Assembly (NCBI GenBank): GCA_950097015.1
Contig: CATNEN010000038.1
Span: forward strand, 1,860,001 to 1,924,000
DNA from: Macrostomum hystrix
Taxonomy: Eukaryota > Animalia > Platyhelminthes
Direction: 5' to 3'
Length of the DNA: 64,000 bases
Positions 30,001-42,275 of the stretch are shown here, in pieces. The notes below the pieces were generated by a model. That model was not told the origin of the DNA and ran no database searches. It was given only the letters and a program-made list of their open reading frames with translations. The stretch's first letter is position 1, and each line of letters opens with the position of its first letter. The position numbers and the translations under genes were made by a program.

Positions 30001-33000
30001 GCCGTCGACAGAGTCGAGCCCAACCACAGAAGCTAGCACAGTGACTGAAGAGTCTACGAACACGACGTCTGATGGCACGACTTTATCGACGACTGAGACG
30101 CCGTCGATAGAGACGAGCCCAACCACTGAAGCTAGCACAGTGACTGAAGAGTCTGCGACCACGACGGAAGGCACGACTTCATCGACGACTGAGACGCCGT
30201 CGATAGAGTCGAGCCCAACCACTGAAGCTAGCACAGTGACTGAAGAGTCTGCGACCACGACTGAAGGCACGACTTCATCGACGACTGAGACGCCGTCGAC
30301 AGAGTCGAGCCCAACCACAGAAGCTAGCACAGTGACTGAAGAGGCTGCGACCACGACTGAAGGCACGACTTCATCGACGACTGAGACGCCGTCGATAGAG
30401 TCGAGCCCAACCACAGAAGCTAGCACAGTGACTGAAGAGTCTGCGACCACGACTGAAGGCACGACTTCATCGACGACTGAGAAGCCGTCCACAGAGTCGA
30501 GCCCAACCACAGAAGCTAGCACAGTGACTGAAGAGTATACGAACACGACGTCTGATGGCACGACTTTATCGACGACTGAGACGCCGTCCACAGAGTCGAG
30601 CCCAACCACTGAAGCTAGCACAGTGACTGAAGAGTCTGCGACCACGACTGAAGGCACGACTTCATCGACGACTGAGACGCCGTCAATAGAGTCGAGCCCA
30701 ACCACAGAAGCTAGCACAGTGACTGAAGAGTCTGCGACCACGACTGAAGGCACGACTTCATCGACGACTGAGACGCCGTCGACAGAGTCGAGCCCAACCA
30801 CAGAAGCTAGCACAGTGACTGAAGAGTCTGCGACCACGACGGAAGGCACGACTTCATCGACGACTGAGACGCCGTCGATAGAGTCGAGCCCAACCACTGA
30901 AGCTAGCACAGTGACTGAAGAGTCTGCGACCACGACGTCTAAAGGCACGACTTCATCGACGACTGAGACGCCGTCGACAGAGTCGAGCCCAACCACAGAA
31001 GCTAGCACAGTGACTGAAGAGTCTGCGACCACGACGTCTAAAGGCACGAGTTCATCGACGACTGAGACGCCGTCGATAGAGTCGAGCCCAACCACTGAAG
31101 CTAGCACAGTGACTGAAGAGTCTGCGACCACGACTGAAGGCACGACTTCATCGACGACTGAGACGCCGTCGACAGAGTCGAGCCCAACCACAGAAGCTAG
31201 CACAGTGACTGAAGAGTCTGCGACCACGACTGAAGGCACGACTTCATCGACGACGGAGACGTCGTCGATAGAGTCGAGCCCAACCACAGAAGCTAGCACA
31301 GTGACTGAAGAGTCTGCGACCACGACTGAAGGCACGACTTCATCGACGACTGAGACGCCGTCAATAGAGTCGAGCCCAACCACAGAAGCTAGCACAGTGA
31401 CTGAAGAGGCTGCGACCACGACTGAAGGCACGACTTCATCGACGACTGAGACGCCGTCGATAGAGTCGAGCCCAACCACAGAAGCTAGCACAGTGACTGA
31501 AGAGTCTGCGACCACGACTGAAGGCACGACTTCATCGACGACTGAGACGCCATCAATAGAGTCGAGCCCAACCACTGAAGCTAGCACAGTGACTGAAGAG
31601 TCTGCGACCACGACTGAAGGCACGACTTCATCGACGACTGAGACGCCGTCGACAGAGTCGAGCCCAACCACAGAAGCTAGCACAGTGACTGAAGAGTCTG
31701 CGACCACGACGGAAGGCACGACTTCATCGACGACTGAGACGCCGTCGATAGAGTCGAGCCCAACCACTGAAGCTAGCACAGTGACTGAAGAGTCTGCGAC
31801 CACGACGTCTAAAGGCACGACTTCATCGACGACTGAGACGCCGTCGACAGAGTCGAGCCCAACCACAGAAGCTAGCACAGTGACTGAAGAGTCTGCGACC
31901 ACGACTGAAGGCACGACTTCATCGACGACTGAGACGCCGTCGACAGAGTCGAGCCCAACCACAGAAGCTAGCACAGTGACTGAAGAGTCTGCGACCACGA
32001 CGGAAGGCACGACTTCATCGACGACTGAGACGCCGTCGATAGAGTCGAGCCCAACCACAGAAGCTAGCACAGTGACTGAAGAGTCTGCGACCACGACGTC
32101 TGATGGCACGACTTCATCGACGACTGAGAAGCCGTCCACAGAGTCGAGTCCAACCACAGAAGCTAGCACAGTGACTGAAGAGTATACGAACACGACGTCT
32201 GATGGCACGACTTTATCGACGACTGAGACGCCGTCCACAGAGTCGAGCCCAACCACTGAAGCTAGCACAGTGACTGAAGAGTCTGCGACCACGACTGAAG
32301 GCACGACTTTATCGACGACTGAGACGCCGTCCACAGAGTCGAGCTCAACCACTGAAGCTAGCACAGTGACTGAAGAGTCTGCGACCACGACTGAAGGCAC
32401 GACTTCATCGACGACTGAGACACCGTCGACAGAGTCGAGCCCGACCACAGAAGCTAGCACAGTGACTGAAGAGTCTACGAACACGACGTCTGAAGGCACG
32501 ACTTCATCGACGACTGAGACGCCATCGATAGAGTCGAGCCCAACCACAGAAGCTAGCACAGTGACTGAAGAGTCTGCGACCACGACGTCTAAAGGCACGA
32601 CTTCATCGACGACTGAGACGCCGTCGACAGAGTCGAGCCCAACCACAGAAGCTAGCACAGTGACTGAAGAGTCTGCGACCACGACTGAAGGCACGACTTC
32701 ATCGACGACTGAGACGCCGTCGACAGAGTCGAGCCCAACCACAGAAGCTAGCACAGTGACTGAAGAGTCTGCGACCACGACTGAAGGCACGACTTTATCG
32801 ACCACTGAGACGCCGTCGATAGAGTCGAGCCCAACCACTGAAGCTAGCACAGTGACTGAAGAGTCTGCGACCACGACTGAAGGCTCGACTTTATCGACGA
32901 CTGAGACGCCGTCCACAGAGTCGAGCTCAACCACTGAAGCTAGCACAGTGACTGAAGAGTCTGCGACCACGGCTGAAGGCACGACTTCATCGACGACTGA

Positions 33001-36000
33001 GACACCGTCGACAGAGTCGAGCCCGACCACAGAAGCTAGCACAGTGACTGAAGAGTCTACGAACACGACGTCTAATGGCACGACTTTATCGACGACTGAG
33101 ACGCCGTCGATAGAGTCGAGCCCAACCACAGAAGCTAGCACAGTGACTGAAGAGTCTGCGACCACGACGTCTAAAGGCACGACTTCATCGACGACTGAGA
33201 CGCCGTCCACAGAGTCGAGCCCAACCACTGAAGCTAGCACAGTGACTGAAGAGTCTGCGACCACGACTGAAGGCACGACTTCATCGACGACTGAGACGCC
33301 GTCGACAGAGTCGAGCCCAACCACAGAAGCTAGCACAGTGACTGAAGAGTCTGCGACCACGACTGAAGGCACGACTTCATCGACGACTGAGACGCCGTCG
33401 ACAGAGTCGAGCCCAACCACAGAAGCTAGCACAGTGACTGAAGAGTCTGCGACCACGACGGAAGGCACGACTTCATCGACGACTGAGACGCCGTCGATAG
33501 AGTCGAGCCCAACCACTGAAGCTAGCACAGTGACTGAAGAGTCTGCGACCACGACGTCTAAAGGCACGACTTCATCGACGACTGAGACGCCGTCGACAGA
33601 GTCGAGCCCAACCACAGAAGCTAGCACAGTGACTGAAGAGTCTGCGACCACGACTGAAGGCACGACTTCATCGACGACTGAGACGCCGTCGATAGAGTCG
33701 AGCCCAACCACAGAAGCTAGCACAGTGACTGAAGAGTCTGCGACCACGACTGAAGGCACGACTTCATCGACGACTGAGACGCCGTCGACAGAGTCGAGCC
33801 CAACCACAGAAGCTAGCACAGTGACTGAAGAGTCTGCGACCACGACTGAAGGCACGACTTTATCGACCACTGAGACGCCGTCGATAGAGTCGAGCCCAAC
33901 CACTGAAGCTAGCACAGTGACTGAAGAGTCTGCGACCACGACGGAAGGCACGACTTTATCGACGACTGAGACGCCGTCGATAGAGTCGAGCCCAACCACA
34001 GAAGCTAGCACAGTGACTGAAGAGGCTGCGACCACGACTGAAGGCACGACTTCATCGACGACTGAGACGCCGTCGATAGAGTCGAGCCCAACCACAGAAG
34101 CTAGCACAGTGACTGAAGAGTCTGCGACCACGACTGAAGGCACGACTTCATCGACGACTGAGACGCCATCAATAGAGTCGAGCCCAACCACTGAAGCTAG
34201 CACAGTGACTGAAGAGTCTGCGACCACGACTGAAGGCACGACTTCATCGACGACTGAGACGCCGTCGACAGAGTCGAGCCCAACCACAGAAGCTAGCACA
34301 GTGACTGAAGAGTCTGCGACCACGACGGAAGGCACGACTTCATCGACGACTGAGACGCCGTCGATAGAGTCGAGCCCAACCACTGAAGCTAGCACAGTGA
34401 CTGAAGAGTCTGCGACCACGACGTCTAAAGGCACGACTTTATCGACGACTGAGACGCCGTCGATAGAGTCGAGCCCAACCACTGAAGCTAGCACAGTGAC
34501 TGAAGAGTCTGCGACCACGACGTCTAAAGGCACGACTTCATCGACGACTGAGACGCCGTCGACAGAGTCGAGCCCAACCACAGAAGCTAGCACAGTGACT
34601 GAAGAGTCTGCGACCACGACTGAAGGCACGACTTCATCGACGACTGAGACGCCGTCGACAGAGTCGAGCCCGACCACAGAAGCTAGCACAGTGACTGAAG
34701 AGTCTACGAACACGACGTCTGAAGGCACGACTTCATCGACGACTGAGACGCCATCGATAGAGTCGAGCCCAACCACAGAAGCTAGCACAGTGACTGAAGA
34801 GTCTGCGACCACGACGTCTAAAGGCACGACTTTATCGACGACTGAGACGCCGTCGACAGAGTCGAGCCCAACCACAGAAGCTAGCACAGTGACTGAAGAG
34901 TCGGCGACCACGACTGAAGGCACGACTTCATCGACGACTGAGACGCCGTCGATAGAGTCGAGCCCAACCACAGAAGCTAGCACAGTGACTGAAGAGTCTG
35001 CGACCACGACTGAAGGCACGACTTCATCGACGACTGAGACACCGTCGACAGAGTCGAGCCCGACCACAGAAGCTAGCACAGTGACTGAAGAGTCTACGAA
35101 CACGACGTCTGAAGGCACGACTTCATCGACGACTGAGACGCCATCGATAGAGTCGAGCCCAACCACTGAAGCTAGCACAGTGACTGAAGAGTCTGCGACC
35201 ACGACGTCTAAAGGCACGACTTTATCGACGACTGAGACGCCGTCGACAGAGTCGAGCCCAACCACAGAAGCTAGCACAGTGACTGAAGAGTCGGCGACCA
35301 CGACTGAAGGCACGACTTCATCGACGACTGAGACGCCGTCGATAGAGTCGAGCCCAACCACAGAAGCTAGCACAGTGACTGAAGAGTCTGCGACCACGAC
35401 TGAAGGCACGACTTCATCGACGACTGAGACGCCGTCGACAGAGTCGAGCCCAACCACAGAAGCTAGCACAGTGACTGAAGAGTCTGCGACCACGACTGAA
35501 GGCACGACTTTATCAACCACTGAGACGCCGTCGATAGAGTCGAGCCCAACCACTGAAGCTAGCACAGTGACTGAAGAGTCTGCGACCACGACTGAAGGCT
35601 CGACTTTATCGACGACTGAGACGCCGTCCACAGAGTCGAGCCCAACCACTGAAGCTAGCACAGTGACTGAAGAGTCTGCGACCACGACTGAAGGCACGAC
35701 TTCATCGACGACTGAGACACCGTCGACAGAGTCGAGCCCAACCACAGAAGCTAGCACAGTGACTGAAGAGTCTGCGACCACGACTGAAGGCACGACTTCA
35801 TCGACGACTGAGACGCCGTCCACAGAGTCGAGCCCAACCACAGAAGCTAGCACAGTGACTGAAGAGTCTGCGACCACGACGGAAGGCACGACTTCATCGA
35901 CGACTGAGACGCCGTCGATGGAGTCGAGCCCAACCACTGAAGCTAGCACAGTGACTGAAGAGTCTGCGACCACGACGTCTAAAGGCACGACTTCATCGAC

Positions 36001-39000
36001 GACTGAGACGCCGTCGACAGAGTCGAGCCCAACCACAGAAGCTAGCACAGTGACTGAAGAGTCTGCGACCACGACTGAAGGCACGACTTCATCGACGACT
36101 GAGACGCCGTCGATAGAGTCGAGCCCAACCACAGAAGCTAGCACAGTGACTGAAGAGTCTGCGGCCACGACTGAAGGCACGACTTCATCGACGACTGAGA
36201 CGCCGTCGACAGAGTCGAGCCCAACCACAGAAGCTAGCACAGTGACTGAAGAGTCTGCGACCACGACTGAAGGCACGACTTTATCGACCACTGAGACGCC
36301 GTCGATAGAGTCGAGCCCAACCACTGAAGCTAGCACAGTGACTGAAGAGTCTGCGACCACGACGGAAGGCACGACTTTATCGACGACTGAGACGCCGTCG
36401 ATAGAGTCGAGCCCAACCACAGAAGCTAGCACAGTGACTGAAGAGGCTGCGACCACGACTGAAGGCACGACTTCATCGACGACTGAGACGCCGTCGATAG
36501 AGTCGAGCCCAACCACAGAAGCTAGCACAGTGACTGAAGAGTCTGCGACCACGACTGAAGGCACGACTTCATCGACGACTGAGACGCCATCAATAGAGTC
36601 GAGCCCAACCACTGAAGCTAGCACAGTGACTGAAGAGTCTGCGACCACGACTGAAGGCACGACTTCATCGACGACTGAGACGCCGTCGACAGAGTCGAGC
36701 CCAACCACAGAAGCTAGCACAGTGACTGAAGAGTCTGCGACCACGACGGAAGGCACGACTTCATCGACGACTGAGACGCCGTCGATAGAGTCGAGCCCAA
36801 CCACTGAAGCTAGCACAGTGACTGAAGAGTCTGCGACCACGACGTCTAAAGGCACGACTTCATCGACGACTGAGACGCCGTCGACAGAGTCGAGCCCAAC
36901 CACAGAAGCTAGCACAGTGACTGAAGAGTCTGCGACCACGACTGAAGGCACGACTTCATCGACGACTGAGACGCCGTCGACAGAGTCGAGCCCAACCACA
37001 GAAGCTAGCACAGTGACTGAAGAGTCTGCGACCACGACGGAAGGCACGACTTCATCGACGACTGAGACGCCGTCGATAGAGTCGAGCCCAACCACAGAAG
37101 CTAGCACAGTGACTGAAGAGTCTGCGACCACGACGTCTGATGGCACGACTTCATCGACGACTGAGAAGCCGTCCACAGAGTCGATTCCAACCACAGAAGC
37201 TAGCACAGTGACTGAAGAGTATACGAACACGACGTCTGATGGCACGACTTTATCGACGACTGAGACGCCGTCCACAGAGTCGAGCCCAACCACTGAAGCT
37301 AGCACAGTGACTGAAGAGTCTGCGACCACGACTGAAGGCACGACTTTATCGACGACTGAGACGCCGTCCACAGAGTCGAGCTCAACCACTGAAGCTAGCA
37401 CAGTGACTGAAGAGTCTGCGACCACGACTGAAGGCACGACTTCATCGACGACTGAGACACCGTCGACAGAGTCGAGCCCGACCACAGAAGCTAGCACAGT
37501 GACTGAAGAGTCTACGAACACGACGTCTGAAGGCACGACTTCATCGACGACTGAGACGCCATCGATAGAGTCGAGCCCAACCACAGAAGCTAGCACAGTG
37601 ACTGAAGAGTCTGCGACCACGACGTCTAAAGGCACGACTTTATCGACGACTGAGACGCCGTCGACAGAGTCGAGCCCAACCACAGAAGCTAGCACAGTGA
37701 CTGAAGAGTCGGCGACCACGACTGAAGGCACGACTTCATCGACGACTGAGACGCCGTCGATAGAGTCGAGCCCAACCACAGAAGCTAGCACAGTGACTGA
37801 AGAGTCTGCGACCACGACTGAAGGCACGACTTCATCGACGACTGAGACGCCGTCGACAGAGTCGAGCCCAACCACAGAAGCTAGCACAGTGACTGAAGAG
37901 TCTGCGACCACGACTGAAGGCACGACTTTATCGACCACTGAGACGCCGTCGATAGAGTCGAGCCCAACCACTGAAGCTAGCACAGTGACTGAAGAGTCTG
38001 CGACCACGACTGAAGGCTCGACTTTATCGACGACTGAGACGCCGTCCACAGAGTCGAGCTCAACCACTGAAGCTAGCACAGTGACTGAAGAGTCTGCGAC
38101 CACGACTGAAGGCACGACTTCATCGACGACTGAGACACCGTCGACAGAGTCGAGCCCGACCACAGAAGCTAGCACAGTGACTGAAGAGTCTACGAACACG
38201 ACGTCTAATGGCACGACTTTATCGACGACTGAGACGCCGTCGATAGAGTCGAGCCCAACCACAGAAGCTAGCACAGTGACTGAAGAGTCTGCGACCACGA
38301 CGTCTAAAGGCACGACTTCATCGACGACTGAGACGCCGTCCACAGAGTCGAGCCCAACCACTGAAGCTAGCACAGTGACTGAAGAGTCTGCGACCACGAC
38401 TGAAGGCACGACTTCATCGACGACTGAGACGCCGTCGACAGAGTCGAGCCCAACCACAGAAGCTAGCACAGTGACTGAAGAGTCTGCGACCACGACTGAA
38501 GGCACGACTTCATCGACGACTGAGACGCCGTCGACAGAGTCGAGCCCAACCACAGAAGCTAGCACAGTGACTGAAGAGTCTGCGACCACGACGGAAGGCA
38601 CGACTTCATCGACGACTGAGACGCCGTCGATAGAGTCGAGCCCAACCACTGAAGCTAGCACAGTGACTGAAGAGTCTGCGACCACGACGTCTAAAGGCAC
38701 GACTTCATCGACGACTGAGACGCCGTCGACAGAGTCGAGCCCAACCACAGAAGCTAGCACAGTGACTGAAGAGTCTGCGACCACGACTGAAGGCACGACT
38801 TCATCGACGACTGAGAAGCCGTCCACAGAGTCGAGCCCAACCACAGAAGCTAGCACAGTGACTGAAGAGTATACGAACACGACGTCTGATGGCACGACTT
38901 TATCGACGACTGAGACGCCGTCCACAGAGTCGAGCCCAACCACTGAAGCTAGCACAGTGACTGAAGAGTCTGCGACCACGACTGAAGGCACGACTTCATC

Positions 39001-39700
39001 GACGACTGAGACGCCGTCGACAGAGTCGAGCCCAACCACAGAAGCTAGCACAGTGACTGAAGAGTCTGCGACCACGACTGAAGGCACGACTTTATCGACC
39101 ACTGAGACGCCGTCGATAGAGTCGAGCCCAACCACTGAAGCTAGCACAGTGACTGAAGAGTCTGCGACCACGACGGAAGGCACGACTTTATCGACGACTG
39201 AGACGCCGTCGATAGAGTCGAGCCCAACCACAGAAGCTAGCACAGTGACTGAAGAGTCTGCGACCACGACGTCTGATGGCACGACTTCATCGACGACTGA
39301 GACGCCGTCCACAGAGTCGAGCCCAACCACAGAAGCTAGCACAGTGACTGAAGAGTCTGCGACCACGACGTCTGATGGCACGACTTCATCGACGACTGAG
39401 ACGCCGTCGACAGAGTCGAGACTAACCACAGAAGCTAGCACAGTGACTGAAGAGTCTGCGACCACGACTGAAGGCACGACTTCATCGACGACTGAGACGC
39501 CGTCGATAGAGTCGAGCCCAACCACAGAAGCTAGCACAGTGACTGAAGAGTCTGTGACCACGACGTCTGATGGCACGACTTCATCGACGACTGAGACGCC
39601 GTCGACAGAGTCGAGACTAACCACAGAAGCTAGCACAGTGACTGAAGAGTCTGCGACCACGACGTCTGATTGCACGACTGCATCGACTACTGAGGCGCCG
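1..39700 (+). repeat. Coding tandem repeat, 96/99-bp unit, ~410 copies, with higher-order duplications
   Basis: Directly visible unit actgaagagtctgcgaccacgactgaaggcacgacttcatcgacgactgagacgccgtcgacagagtcgagcccaaccacagaagctagcacagtg. Copy number is estimated as length divided by ~97 bp. The array degenerates after ~39660. Confidence 0.99.
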
Positions 39701-39785
39701 TCGTCTAAGACGTCTCAGGCTACGACTAGGGATTTTAGTACTGAGTCGACTACACATCGTGTCGTTGAGTCTTCAATGCCGTCCT
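2..39785 (+). CDS. Giant mucin-like (PTS) ectodomain exon of a type I membrane protein; 5'-truncated by the window edge
   Basis: The frame is stop-free from nt 2. The ORF-track start at 50 is an internal Val GTG. The consensus unit TEESATTTEGTTSSTTETPSTESSPTTEASTV has 13 T, 7 S, 6 E and 2 P. Length variants are only +3 nt. The exon ends at donor CCT|GTACGT (intron starts 39786, phase 1); the ORF-track tail CTFFLLKLG is intron read-through. Confidence 0.9.
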
Positions 39786-39854
39786 GTACGTTTTTTTTAT
39801 TGAAATTAGGGTAATAATTTCTAGATGTTAATAGTGTTTTCTTTTTTCTTTCAG

Positions 39855-39939
39855 GGCTTGTTGGATCAATCGCATCCATAGTTGCTGCGGTCGTTGTTGT
39901 TCCACTTTTGACTTTGGGCGTGATTTTTTACAGGCAGAG
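39855..39939 (+). CDS. Transmembrane exon of the giant mucin: (W)LVGSIASIVAAVVVVPLLTLGVIFYRQ(R)
   Basis: Polypyrimidine acceptor cttttttctttcag ends at 39854 (69-nt intron). The phase-1 join gives TGG. A hydrophobic stretch of ~25 residues is followed by basic RQR. Donor AG|GTATGA at 39940 (phase 2). Confidence 0.88.
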
Positions 39940-40626
39940 GTATGAAAAAATTTGTCTGGCAGTTAGTTGTGATTGTTTTTCTAACAATTGAACTATTAAG
40001 CCATTTTGTCGCCTTTGGGAATTAGGGAACTAATAATTTGGGAACCCTTTTTGAATTTTTTGGGCTGGGCCTGAATGCTTACAGCTTTCGGTGGTTATCG
40101 ATCGGTTGACAGACTAGGCGATGGTGTTCTGTGCTGTGTACTGTACAGTGTAGTGTGTACTGTGGTTGACTAGCGCCTAATATTCAGGCTTAATATGTAA
40201 AGATATTTGCGTTTGGATGTCTATTATGGCCTAGTTGCACCTGTTGTAGCCCTTGGAGGAACTGCAGTCCGTCTTGATATGTCAGACGGTGATGATGCAG
40301 TTACATTCGGGTGACATGCTGATAAATTTTGATGGCCTGGCAAGGCCGCACTGAGTCGCAGTGCTAATTCGTGAATTGCGGTGTATCATATACACTAGCG
40401 CTTATGTGAAAAATCCGACCTTCGGCCAGAACCATGGAATGTCTTGCCGGTCTGAAGATTTGGTGACTTGATTCTTGTTTCAGAAGATGCTCAAAAAAGT
40501 TGGCCTGGGCTGGGTTCTTGAGTTTCGTGTGCTTGCGTTGCTTCGTTCTGGTGCAGCACAAAATTGTCAGCGGGGGAATCTCTCCCTTTGGTAGTTCAAC
40601 TGTTAATGCAAATTAATTTATTTTAG

Positions 40627-40819
40627 ACTCGGTGGTGTGGATCTTCCGGCTTCGGCTGACCTTGAAGGCTCCCCGAGGGTGGCTTCTGAGTCCTCTCCAT
40701 CTAGCCCGGTTGAGATCTTGCGAGGCAGAGCTTCTTCAGAATTTTTCCAGCCTCACAATACTTACGGGACATTCGCATCGGACCCATCGGGGGTAGATGC
40801 TCATGTCTCGCATGTGTGA
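40627..40819 (+). CDS. Last coding exon of the giant mucin: cytoplasmic tail LGGVDLPASADLEGSP...NTYGTFASDPSGVDAHVSHV*
   Basis: Acceptor aatttattttag ends at 40626. The phase-2 join (AG+A = Arg) enters the frame of ORF 40637-40819. The exon lengths 39784+85+193 sum to a multiple of 3. An AT-rich 3'UTR follows. Confidence 0.8.
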
Positions 40820-41034
40820 TGCATGATACTTTTTGGTATTTTGTATCTTCAATTTCCATGATTTCGATTTTTTTTGTTTTTAAGGTCTTGTTTCGATTTG
40901 ATATTATCAAAACAAATATTGCATAATAAGAAACCTTTTTTTTACTTTTCGTCAAGGGCTATTTATATGAAGTCGATATTCTACTGTTTGTACGTACTAT
41001 TCATTATATAATAGTTTTTATGCGCATATAAAAT

Positions 41035-41040
41035 AATAAA
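41035..41040 (+). terminator. Putative polyadenylation signal (AATAAA) of the mucin gene
   Basis: AATAAA ~215 nt after the stop codon, followed by GT-rich tgttgtttgt. Confidence 0.55.
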
Positions 41041-41073
41041 ATGTTGTTTGTACTCATGATTGGGGTCTTGGTG

Positions 41074-41155
41074 TCTCAATCTCACCTATCTCTCAATCCC
41101 ACCTATCTCTCAATCTCACCTATCTCTCAATCTCACCGATCTCTCAATCTCACCC
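41074..41155. repeat. 17-bp minisatellite (tctcaatctcacctatc), ~5 copies
   Basis: Direct tandem copies between the two convergent genes. Confidence 0.9.
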
Positions 41156-41528
41156 ATTCTGTCTGACCCATCTCTAACCATCTTCAATCTTTAAAATTAT
41201 AGATCTTGCTCAGAGCTGTTGGTAATTGACATCAAGTAATTTTTGACCGAAAAATTCGTTTTAAGAATATTCAGTCTTGGCCAACAACAAATTAATTTTA
41301 TAGTTTAGCTCGTAGCTTTTTAAAATGCATTCTCCTAGTTTTGTCTCTTTTAGCAATCATGCCTTTGTTTTTGGACTTTTGGTCTCAATAAAATAAAATA
41401 CGAGCGCCTGCCGCATTTTACCGATAAAAAGTGCAGATTTCACCGACGGACTGAGTGAAAATCAACTGGTAAATAATTCTTTGACGTGAGTACAATTTGT
41501 GCGGAGTTTGAGTTTAATGTGCCTTGAG

Positions 41529-42275
41529 TCACACCAATGTCTGCAGTGCCGCGTCTCCATCGTTGTCGTCATCACCTTCGGGCAGACGCTGTTGAACATC
41601 CTCGCTGATTGCTGGCGTGTTCTTCGCTCTGTGTCGATGCCGGCGTTGTTGAACTGCGCCGCCGCCCACCAAGGAAGCATCGCCGGGCATCACCTGCGGC
41701 AGGTGGTTGTCGTAGAAGCTCAAAGATTCCAACCTGTTTGCTAACTCGAGCGGCAGGTCACGGCTACCGTCGCGATGCTGACCGTCTGGTCGGTCATTGC
41801 CAGCTGCGGAGCTCGTAGACAAATAGGGCAGCCGGTCGATGTTGTCGGCTATGCCGATGATCTCATTGTTGACGCTGAAGGTCACAACCTTCTTGGCTGA
41901 GCCACCGGGGCCGCCGCTGTTGGGCGAGCAGCTTCGTTGACGCCTCTCAGCCGCCAGCAGCGCTCGAAGCTGGCCAACTCGCCTTTGAGCTGGCTGGCGC
42001 CAGGGCTGCTGCCGTCGCTGCTGCTGCTGCTGATGCTGCTGCTGCGTCCGTGGTTGGCGACCGCGGCTAGGTAGGCTTGCTGATACTGCCGACATCAGGG
42101 GCAGAGATTCGTACGAAGGCCGGCGCTCCCAAACGCAGTCGCAGTTGCTGTTGTTGACAAATTTCACCCTGGCAGCGACTGGTGCAACTGAAGCGGCCGT
42201 GTTGGCAATAATGGCCGCTGCGGCCGCATTCAGTGTGGTGACCGTGGCTGCTGGGGCATGCTGCAATTGGTTTAA
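41529..42275 (-). CDS. Last exon of the SH3-domain low-complexity protein; ends ...AALQTLV*
   Basis: ORF 41529-42266 with poly-Ala/poly-Gln tracts. Two phase-0 acceptors: tttacag| (exon start 42275) or ttgcag| (42260). Contains RVKF and KVVTF motifs. Confidence 0.7.
   Translation of the reverse strand, partial: LNQLQHAPAATVTTLNAAAAAIIANTAASVAPVAARVKFVNNSNCDCVWERRPSYESLPLMSAVSASLPSRGRQPRTQQQHQQQQQRRQQPWRQPAQRRVGQLRALLAAERRQRSCSPNSGGPGGSAKKVVTFSVNNEIIGIADNIDRLPYLSTSSAAGNDRPDGQHRDGSRDLPLELANRLESLSFYDNHLPQVMPGDASLVGGGAVQQRRHRHRAKNTPAISEDVQQRLPEGDDDNDGDAALQTLV

Noticed and set aside
1-39714. A stop-free antisense frame over the whole array, (VTVLASVVGLDSVDGVSVVDEVVPSVVVADSS)n. It is absent from the ORF track, probably because it runs off the window.
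   Set aside because: Stops in this frame need a His/Gln codon after a T-ending codon or a Tyr codon after a pyrimidine-ending codon, which the repeat lacks. Openness is therefore an expected shadow. The splice, TM and polyA evidence all support the + strand.
39786-39814. ORF-track C-terminus CTFFLLKLG* of the giant ORF
   Set aside because: It lies in a 69-nt GT-AG intron with a strong polypyrimidine tract; splicing gives a coherent TM segment instead.
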